Source: a virus
Lineage: Duplodnaviria > Caudoviricetes
IMG/VR virus record: IMGVR_UViG_3300042887_003088
Span: 1-35,464 of that record
Direction: 5' to 3' (one strand)
DNA: 35,464 nt
Position 1 is the first letter of the stretch, and every line of letters starts with the position of its first letter. This document shows, one piece after another, positions 17,501 to 25,400 of this stretch. Below the pieces are notes generated by a model. The model saw only the letters and a list, made by a program, of their open reading frames with translations. It did no database searches and had not been told where the DNA came from. Both the position numbers and the translations under genes were made by a program.

Positions 17501-20500
17501 GAGAACACAGATACTAATTCAGCACGACCGTTGTTGGTGATCCAAGCGCCAATACCGTCTGATATTACCTGAGTAAAGTCATTGGAAACAATACTGTCAT
17601 TACCACCGTTGTGTAAAGAGCCATCGATCTTCTGTCCCACAGCCGCTGTTCCCAATGTGGTTAATCCCTGCACATAGGGTGAACGTGTTATAATCCAAGT
17701 GCGATAATCGTCTGGTCCCCAACCTGGATCCAAACTTGCATATGCTCCTGCACTCACTCTAGAAGTACCGTATTCATTTTCAGCTAACAGGTCACCAGTG
17801 AGTCCTTCGAGTGTTTGATCTCTTAGACCTGTGGCATCTCTGAGATAATACATATCTTCTTCCAAACTGCCCATTACACTGTTTGCATAGTATCTAGCTG
17901 CGTATCTTGATTTGTAGTTGCCTGGATATTTCAAATCGTATTTCAATGCATCTATGTAGGTGTTGACGTCTCTGAGACAGGCTGCGCTACTGTAGTAAAG
18001 AGCCACTGTCATTGAACCACTGCCGTTGCTGGCAATATTAAATGCGGTGTTTGAATCTCTTGTGGTAGCAATCTTAAATGTAGTAGCACTGACCACATTC
18101 TGTACATAGTAAGTAGTGGTGGTAGTTACTCCACCAATAGTCGTACCTGTGAATCTTACAGCTGCATTTCTTGTCATCCATGCCGTTGATGTACAAGTGA
18201 ATACGTCAGTGGCAGCTGTGGCAGCGGTAACTGTGGTAGTGAAAGTTGAATCAATGTAAGCATCAATTTCTGCAACAATATAATCTCTGTTGCGCTCTAA
18301 TTGTAGCACAGCATAATCAACCATTCTGTTGCCTGTGGCACAGCGACTGCCTTCGTTGGTAGCACCGTAAAGGATATCATCTACCAAGGTCATTAGTGTT
18401 TCAATACGAGCCTGTGCAGTTGCGTTACCGCCCACATTGGCCAGTGCTTCTGTTTTGGCGTTAGTTAATGCGTCTCTAGTAATGGTTTTTTGATTACCTA
18501 CAAATACCTCTGCTGCTGAAGCTCTTAGATATGAGTATGCTGCTTCTCTAGATTTGAAGTTGCTGTTGAACATAAAGTCAAACATCACAGCTTCTAATAT
18601 CAATCGAGTATCTCTAATACACTTGGTTTGTAGATATCGAATCTTAGGAGTAACACCATCAGTTTTGTATGCACTTGGGAATATCGCATTAAAGGAAGTA
18701 CCACCTGACGATAGGCAAGATACAGTAATACTTGTTATGTTAACAATGTCGCCTGCTGCTAATCCGTGTGTTGCAGTAGTCACTACCGCATATCCTGTAG
18801 AGTTATTATAGACAAAGTTACTAACTGCTAACTCTGTTCCATTGGATTTCGTTACTATTCCACCACTGACATAGGTGTGTGCGAGAGTATGCTTACCAAC
18901 GTAGATTCTAAAATCTGTCGAGGTCAACGAAGTTTCGTCTACTACAAAGTCAGTGTGCCATGCTACTGCATTTAAATCATCTACAACATTTTGGACAATG
19001 GTTTCTTGTGCAGCGTCTAATGTCACTGCGGCTGCTATCAATGCAGTGGTCGATGTAACGGCATTAGTAGCTGTAGGGTAATCTATAACTTCTACAGATA
19101 TACTAATACCAGCACCGTTGGTAAATGTAGTTAACACTGCGCCGCCATATGTAGCTGCCAGTTGGAATGTGTTAGTGGTTACTGTGCCTACTACCCAATA
19201 TTTGACACCGTTGGTTAACCCGTTGCCAGTTTCTCTTGGAACAACTGCATCTCCTACACTTAATCCATGACTGTTGCTGGTAAGTGTGTCTGTACCAGAT
19301 ATTGTAGTAACTGTGATCTGTGGCGTTGTGGCCTCAGTGGAATCACCTTGTATGATATTAGTAATGATGTCTACTAATGCACCTACTGTGGCATTGGCAG
19401 CTGCACCACCTGTAAGGTTGGTAACATCAGTCCACTGCGTAGCGTTATTTCCAGTGGATTTCGTTACTGCGGTGTTGATAATAATCTGTTGCACAATTTC
19501 TTTTAACCTAGCGTAGGCAGCTACTGTGGCAGCAATTTCTGTACTGTCAATTTGCAATGCTGTGCTGTTGTCGCCGTCAAAGTATGCTGTGCCGGCTACT
19601 AGTGTAGCCCAGGTTCCGCCATAGGTCAAATCATAGCCCATGGCATCAACAATAAATGCCACGTCACGTTTGCATTTGGTTCTGCTGAATTTTAATGTGC
19701 TGTAATTCTCATTTAAGAAAGCTGTGATTTCTTCTTTGATAAATTCTTTGTTTTCACTCAGCAGTTTTCTTGCATCGCCAAACCCGGTTAGATATCCAAC
19801 ATTATAACCTGTAGGGTCTGTGTTTGATACCATCAAGGTAGAGCTAATTTTATAATCAATCTGATGCTGCATGACTCTGACTAACTGTGCTGCATCTGCT
19901 GCTTCGTCTGTGCTGGCGTATGGGAATGATGCGCTTTGAACTGCGGTGTTACCAGAGCTTTCTGTAACGTTGGCTCCTCGAACAATTTGGTCAACCACTG
20001 TTTGTAATCTAGTCAGTGTGCTTACGCTGTAGCCTGCATCGGATCTATTAGTTAGACTGCCTGCTGGGCCTGCATTGGTTGAACGAAGCTCATCCCCAAT
20101 CACACAAGTCTGTTCTGGCACAATGATAGGCAGTGTCTCACGATACTGACCTGTGGCAACTCTTATGAGATTGTTGGGGCTACGTCTTGCTGGCACACTG
20201 GCTATGGCAGCTGCTATCTGAGGTGCCGTGACTGCTGCTGCTCTAGCTGTGATGGCATTAGTGATCAGTGTAACACTTGCTGTTATTGTGGTCAATGCAT
20301 CAGCTTCTGCTGTGATATCGCTGTTGAAATATTGAGCCACTGTGGCAGTAGAATTGTCACCGTTCAGTGTCTGATAATTTATTGTTGGAGCTGTCTGTGC
20401 CAACACATTTCCAACAACTGTGAGCATGTAGTTGTAGGCAGCTACAGATTCGTCTGACTCGATGGCTAGTCCTGGATATGCTTCTGTCTCGCCTTCGGTG

Positions 20501-22443
20501 AGACCGCCAATCAATGAATTAGCTACTCCACGTGATTTAATATTACCGCCATGACATAGATCATAGGTTACTGCATCTAGTGTAAATCCTACATCTCTCT
20601 CACATTTGAAATCATCGTAGACAAATGCTGTGGTAAATGGTGCAACGTTATTAGTAATTTGATTTTGTATAAATTCTGTGACTTCACGTTGTATGAACAC
20701 ACGATTCAATTCTAATAGATGCCGTGCGTCGGGATTTCTAGGACCACGTTCTACCTGTTCGCAAGCATAGCGTATGGTCTTAAACGGTTTGTCCCAGGTT
20801 CGGCCGTGTATCGGCGAAGGCAAATCTGTGCCTGTAGTTGCTACAAAATAAGTATGATCAACTTCACCGAGAGCAATCCACTCTGGATCTTGACCATTTG
20901 ATCTTAATACAGTACCTTCGCGCCCAATTGGCAGTCTCTCTGGACCATTTCCGCCAAAAAAGACTAGATCTCCTTGCACTGACAGCACACTGGTTTCTGT
21001 ACCAATGTTTAACAGATTCCAATATGTGCCTGTACTATCCTGATCTGGTCTGCTGTTAGCTTGGCCGCCGCCGGCTGTGCCCACAGTAGAACCGTCATCC
21101 CCTTCCGATCTATGGGCCAATACGCAAATAAATGCATTGGCTCCGAATCTTACTGCATCACCTAATAGATATTCTCTGTCATCTTCCCACTCACCTTGCC
21201 AGCTGATACCGGCATTGAGTCTTGACCAATATGTGGTATTTGGTGGTTCAGCTGACACTGTGGCAGTCATTGAACCCGATGCATTTGCAGCAATATTAAA
21301 TGTTGTGCCGCCTGGTGTGGTACTCACAGTAAACTCACCTGCGGCCACAGTTTTTACATAGTACCTAGCTGTAGTAAACACCCCACCAAATGTTGTGCCC
21401 GTAAATCTTACAGACATTCCCACTGCTAGGCCTGCTGTTGAGGCTACGCCAAAGACATCGGTAGCTCCAGTTACTGACGTGACAGTAACTGTAGTTGAAG
21501 GAGAATCCTGTGCAGCTAGATAGGTATAACCACCGACAGATACTACCTCACCTATTTTATATGATGTAGTATTAGCCCAAGAAGATTGAAATTTAAATCC
21601 TTCTGTGTATAGATCCCATCTTGATGCCTGTGTTGGTGGTGTTTCAGAGGCAGCAGCGGCAGTATGCACAGTTTTTGCTATGTATTGATTACCGCCGTAT
21701 GTAACAATATCACCAGGTTGATACAGAGTAGCATTATTCCAAGTGCTTTCAAATTCTGCTCCTTCTGTGAACTGGCTCCAACGACCTGCGGTGCTGTCTG
21801 TTAAAAATGCAGCATCAGCAGTATGTTGTGTGGTACAGATCCACAGACCGGCACCGTATTTTACCACATCATTGAGTTTGTATCTAGTGGCTGTAACCCA
21901 GGTGCCTTTGTATTCTATACCAGGATTAAATGAATCCCATTTGGCTTGATCAGCTTCTAATCCCGATGCTTCGGTTGCAGCTGATGTATGATAGGTATTA
22001 CACACATAGGTGTAACCACCATACTGTACTAGATCATTTACCTTGTAGCGAGTGGCTACTGTCCAATCGTTCTTCCAATCAAGTCCCTCTGCATATAGCG
22101 TCCATTTGGCTTGATCAGCTTCTAATCCTGACGCTGTAGTAGCTGCTGAAGTGTGGCTGTCGTTACAGATGTAAAGAAGGCCGCCGTATTTGACCACGTC
22201 ATTGAGTTTGTAGAAAGTACTGATATTCCAATCTCCAGTCCAGCTTTGACCGTCACTCATCTGATTCCATTTGGTCGGACTGTATTCTAAATCTGTGTTA
22301 AAATCTGCAGCAGAAGTGTGTCCCACTGCACAGATATATGTGCGAGCACCATATCTTACCACATCATCGATGTAATAGGTGGTGGATGGAGACCATGTGT
22401 TTTTCCAAACAAATCTAATTCTACCTAATTTAAATTCTGCCAT
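14599..22443 (-). CDS. Giant multidomain virion fibre protein (2614 aa)
   Basis: N-terminal tandem W...Y..DVV.YG...Y.C...H (CBM5/12-like) repeats, then a 'KPFKTIRYAC...IRVATGQY.E.LPIIVP...GDELRST' beta-helix entry and helical C-x-R-D repeats. These are followed by W..IAYG..RFVA propeller-like repeats and a C-terminal 'FFTSTDQDGNFRVG...PTQRAIK'. A GGAG RBS is present. Confidence 0.82.
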   Translation of the reverse strand: MAEFKLGRIRFVWKNTWSPSTTYYIDDVVRYGARTYICAVGHTSAADFNTDLEYSPTKWNQMSDGQSWTGDWNISTFYKLNDVVKYGGLLYICNDSHTSAATTASGLEADQAKWTLYAEGLDWKNDWTVATRYKVNDLVQYGGYTYVCNTYHTSAATEASGLEADQAKWDSFNPGIEYKGTWVTATRYKLNDVVKYGAGLWICTTQHTADAAFLTDSTAGRWSQFTEGAEFESTWNNATLYQPGDIVTYGGNQYIAKTVHTAAAASETPPTQASRWDLYTEGFKFQSSWANTTSYKIGEVVSVGGYTYLAAQDSPSTTVTVTSVTGATDVFGVASTAGLAVGMSVRFTGTTFGGVFTTARYYVKTVAAGEFTVSTTPGGTTFNIAANASGSMTATVSAEPPNTTYWSRLNAGISWQGEWEDDREYLLGDAVRFGANAFICVLAHRSEGDDGSTVGTAGGGQANSRPDQDSTGTYWNLLNIGTETSVLSVQGDLVFFGGNGPERLPIGREGTVLRSNGQDPEWIALGEVDHTYFVATTGTDLPSPIHGRTWDKPFKTIRYACEQVERGPRNPDARHLLELNRVFIQREVTEFIQNQITNNVAPFTTAFVYDDFKCERDVGFTLDAVTYDLCHGGNIKSRGVANSLIGGLTEGETEAYPGLAIESDESVAAYNYMLTVVGNVLAQTAPTINYQTLNGDNSTATVAQYFNSDITAEADALTTITASVTLITNAITARAAAVTAPQIAAAIASVPARRSPNNLIRVATGQYRETLPIIVPEQTCVIGDELRSTNAGPAGSLTNRSDAGYSVSTLTRLQTVVDQIVRGANVTESSGNTAVQSASFPYASTDEAADAAQLVRVMQHQIDYKISSTLMVSNTDPTGYNVGYLTGFGDARKLLSENKEFIKEEITAFLNENYSTLKFSRTKCKRDVAFIVDAMGYDLTYGGTWATLVAGTAYFDGDNSTALQIDSTEIAATVAAYARLKEIVQQIIINTAVTKSTGNNATQWTDVTNLTGGAAANATVGALVDIITNIIQGDSTEATTPQITVTTISGTDTLTSNSHGLSVGDAVVPRETGNGLTNGVKYWVVGTVTTNTFQLAATYGGAVLTTFTNGAGISISVEVIDYPTATNAVTSTTALIAAAVTLDAAQETIVQNVVDDLNAVAWHTDFVVDETSLTSTDFRIYVGKHTLAHTYVSGGIVTKSNGTELAVSNFVYNNSTGYAVVTTATHGLAAGDIVNITSITVSCLSSGGTSFNAIFPSAYKTDGVTPKIRYLQTKCIRDTRLILEAVMFDFMFNSNFKSREAAYSYLRASAAEVFVGNQKTITRDALTNAKTEALANVGGNATAQARIETLMTLVDDILYGATNEGSRCATGNRMVDYAVLQLERNRDYIVAEIDAYIDSTFTTTVTAATAATDVFTCTSTAWMTRNAAVRFTGTTIGGVTTTTTYYVQNVVSATTFKIATTRDSNTAFNIASNGSGSMTVALYYSSAACLRDVNTYIDALKYDLKYPGNYKSRYAARYYANSVMGSLEEDMYYLRDATGLRDQTLEGLTGDLLAENEYGTSRVSAGAYASLDPGWGPDDYRTWIITRSPYVQGLTTLGTAAVGQKIDGSLHNGGNDSIVSNDFTQVISDGIGAWITNNGRAELVSVFSYYAHIAYLAEAGGRIRATNGNNSYGDFGSVAEGFDDTETAGTAIVDNRLQFDAEIDRVITDGSALTQLEFTNAGIDYTEVTYTLTGGGSGAIVEADEFRDDAVFEVRMLDLVDDSTNAPEAEGNLGGFGYKTAANTAQGGTSTSITIAATDGESSTAYIGMKVVLTGGAGAGQFGIITTYNSGTKVAGLVKESDGVAGFDHLIAGTTIVNPDASTTYVIEPRVTFSAPGYASTAATLPTSGTWTAVKYGETAAVYTTVTGTYAGSGVGATFTVIRNGWKYIPSIQGAGTGYARLQTITILGTSLGGTTTANDLVITITAVNSTTGAILDFDHSGYGIGGRYVALRNGVTAGATSEDGVNWTSQTSLMPSAANWSAMAAGLFDDSSSVGKVSKFVAVAGTVANTTGAYSDDGITWSATNMQTSAIWVDVAFGKQKFVAISDDVTTVRISNDGEVWDQTGTLTTTGFTAIAYGKNRFVAIQRGGSIANHATSTGVTGTWTAGALPSSSNWESIAYGNNRFVVISSTNGAIAAYSLDGITWAASTLPATADWYKVTYGQGVFLAVSTTTTAATSPDGVTWTLRATSTAANGFNAITFGNRNRYGLFVGVGGGGPTTVATYIRTGATARGRAKVAADKLFQVNITEPGSGYATAPTITFTDPNNTFESPVTVRTGSGVLANPSFVNRGASYVTGSGEVDLGDGYSNLFQPGSFVAVRRISVQPVPGANVVFSHLPDRTFKLVNVITFLGENAGAYTAFFQISPQLTRSEAPTDGVSVETRIRYSQVRLTGHDFLDIGTGNFEETNYPGLSTQPVIAANEAVDNGGGRVFFTSTDQDGNFRVGDLFAIEQSTGIATLNADAFNISGLQELNLGNVTLGGGSATITEFSTDPFFTADSDNIVPTQRAIKAYIAGQIGGGGASLNVNSITAGSVFISSNVITTTTAGPIKMNAVFEFRGGVIGIPLAFNYFLN
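21937..22128 (+). repeat. Exact 27-bp direct repeat within the N-terminal repeats of the giant protein
   Basis: ccatttggcttgatcagcttctaatcc at 21937-21963 and 22102-22128, 165 nt (55 aa) apart. It encodes GLEADQAKW. Confidence 0.9.
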
Positions 22444-22461
22444 TTTCTACTCCGTATTCTA

Positions 22462-22467
22462 TATTTA
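22462..22467 (-). promoter_or_regulatory. T4-late-like TAAATA box
   Basis: In the 30-nt gap between the two giant genes, upstream of the GGAG RBS. Confidence 0.55.
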
Positions 22468-22473
22468 GTTTGC

Positions 22474-25400
22474 TCATTGTTTGAACGATCTGTAAAACAT
22501 TGTTTGGGCTAACATACTGCCACTTATTCCAGAATTTGCTGCGTCAAATTCTGCTCTTACTGGTACAATAATTCGTAGGCCAGCAACGTTGTTAATTCTA
22601 TCAGGTCCTACCAGTACAGTTCCTGCTATAAAACTACCTACTGCAATTTCTGATCCACCTACACTAAGTCTATTTGCCAAGTAAGCAGCTATGGCTCGTT
22701 GAGTTGGAACAATATTATTTGAGTCTGCTATGAACAACGGGTCGGTAGAAAATTCTCTAACAACTGCTCCGGTGCCTCCAATCCTAATACCACCAAGTCG
22801 TAGTTCAGTAAGTCCAGAAAGATCAAAGAAGTCTGAACTAATTGTCACAGTTCCTGTGGCCTGTTCAACTGCAAACAATTCGCCTGCTCTAAAGTTACCA
22901 CTTTGATCTGTTGAAGTATAAAATACTCGTCCTCTATTTTCTTCTACGATTTCATTAAATGGTTGTGGATCATAAAATCCACTGTATAATTCAGGATAAT
23001 TGGTTTCTTCAAAATTTCCTGTACCTATGTCCAAGAAATCATGACCTGTAATTCTACATTGAGAGAATTTAGTTCTTATAGTTATTTCAGTGAGATGCGT
23101 TAAATTGTCACGAACTTTGATTTCTGGTGTTATACGTATTCTTGCTGCTAGCCCTCTGTCTGTGAGACCTAGTTCTTCAATGGTAACCAATGTATAGTCA
23201 CTGGACAAGTTACCTATGGTTAGATTAGAACCAACTTTGGGATATGTCACTAAATCGTTGATAACAATAAATTTACCGCTAGGAATCACATCTGCGAATC
23301 CATTACCAGATATGGTTACTCTAGTAGATATTGTTCTATATCCTAGACCTCTATTAAGCCAACTTGGTTGTGCCAATACTCCGTCTCCGGTGCGGCATTC
23401 AATTCTTGCATCTCTATTGTTGTTGGGATCAACAAATACACAGGTAGGACCTTCTATATAACCAGATCCCGGATCCCATAATTTCACACTGCTTATAACT
23501 CCACTGGCAATTGTTACCCGTCCCAACGCTCTTGCGCCAGTTTGTATTTTGTTGAATTTATTTGAATTATCAATAGCGATCCATGTAGGTGTATTGTTTC
23601 CTACTGTGGAATCTCTAGCATCTACGTATGGGGTGCCAAATGCCACTGACTGCCAACTCTGTGTACTGGCCAGTGTTCTCGAAGTCCATACAATGCCGTC
23701 AAAACTGGTTGCTGCAAAATTCGTTATGCCAAATGTTGGATCGGCACCAACTGTTCGATTTCCTGTGTCTCCCACAGCAAAAAATACACCCTGTGCATAT
23801 CTAATTTTTTTCCAATTGTGTGCTGTGCTACCATCTTGTGACGGCATAGTAGCAGGTAACCAATCATTACCATCAAAGCTGTAGGCCGCATCGCCTGTGC
23901 TTGATATGGCAACGAATCTGCCGTTGCCATAGGCAATGCTGACCCAATCTTTGGCGCTGGAGTCTGCAACCACGTCCATGATATGGCCAGCCCATGACCA
24001 TGTGTTTAAAGTGGAGTTGTATGTACCTGTTGCTACAATGTTTCCACTGTTGGCCAAAACCACATATCTGTTTTTGCCGTAGGCTATGTCTACCCATTGG
24101 TTTAGAGTGGAATCACCAAATGAGGGCAATGCCAACGAACTCCAAGTTGTTCCATTGAGACTGTAGGCCGCTGTGTTAGAGTTTGTGGCCACAGCAATGA
24201 ATAACCCGCCACCGTATATGCAAGAATTCCATTGCAGAGACACCGGCATTGATCTTGTGGTCCAGGTAATACCATTTAAAGAACTAGCTGCCACAGAACT
24301 GCCTTGACGTATGGCTACAAATATATGATCGCCTAGTGTGGGATAAGTTACTCTACCTGCTGCTAGGCATTTCCAATCACCCACTGTGGGCATGTTGAAT
24401 GCAGTCCAGTTAGTGCCATCCGAACTATACATAGCAGCACTACCAGCAGTGGATACTACTACAAATTTACCGCTAGCAGCCAGGTTGTCTTCGCCTGTGC
24501 CATAGGTCTTTTGTTGTGCAGCCAGTATAGAATTTGTGCTGTCGTCGCTGACATCAGTGACTAAAATAATCAAATCATTAACTGGTGTAGCTCCACCTAA
24601 AAGGTCACCGTCTATGGTTAGTAGTTGGCCAGCCTCATATCCTGCACCCCCGTTGTTGATAGTCAATGTGTAATTTCTACCTCGTTTTACAATGTTAAAT
24701 GTAGCTAAGGCAGCAACAACATCTATAGTTGTACCGGTGCCTGATTCATTAACCGCAATGTTCGTGTAAGTTTCAGTGGTGTCACCAAACACAATTTCTG
24801 ACCAAGTGGTGCTAGCAGGCGTTGTAATTTCTTGTGCTGAATACGCAGGAGCAGAAAATATCACTCTGGGTTCTATTCGATATGTGGTGTTGGTCAACAA
24901 CGGCACTGTCGGCAGTTTACCTGGAATCACATGGTCCCATCCTGGCTGATCATCGGATTCTCTGTATACAGTAACTACTTTAGTGACATTGTCATAGGCA
25001 GTGATGTACCCATACTGTCCTGTGCCAGCACCGCTGGTAATGAGTATTCTCATTCCAAGATATTCAGCAATACTGTTGGCATCATTGGTCGCTATGGTTA
25101 TAGTAAAAGCATCGCCCGTTTGTGCATTGTTCTGCACCACCACATAACCACTGCCGCCTATTTCTTGTGCTATCAGAGCAGTGTCTGCATTGGCATCCAG
25201 TCGTCTTGCTTCAAACACAGCATCATCTCTAAACTCTTCAAAAATCACATCAGCATTGACACCAGCCCCAGTAAACACCGCAGTGGCTTCTGTATAATCT
25301 TGTCCAAAATTTGTCCATTCTAAGATTTGTATTTCGTCGACAAAATCTCCTGCAAATGCAGCAGCTACTATAGCCTGCTGAGCTCTGGTATAGTTTCTTG

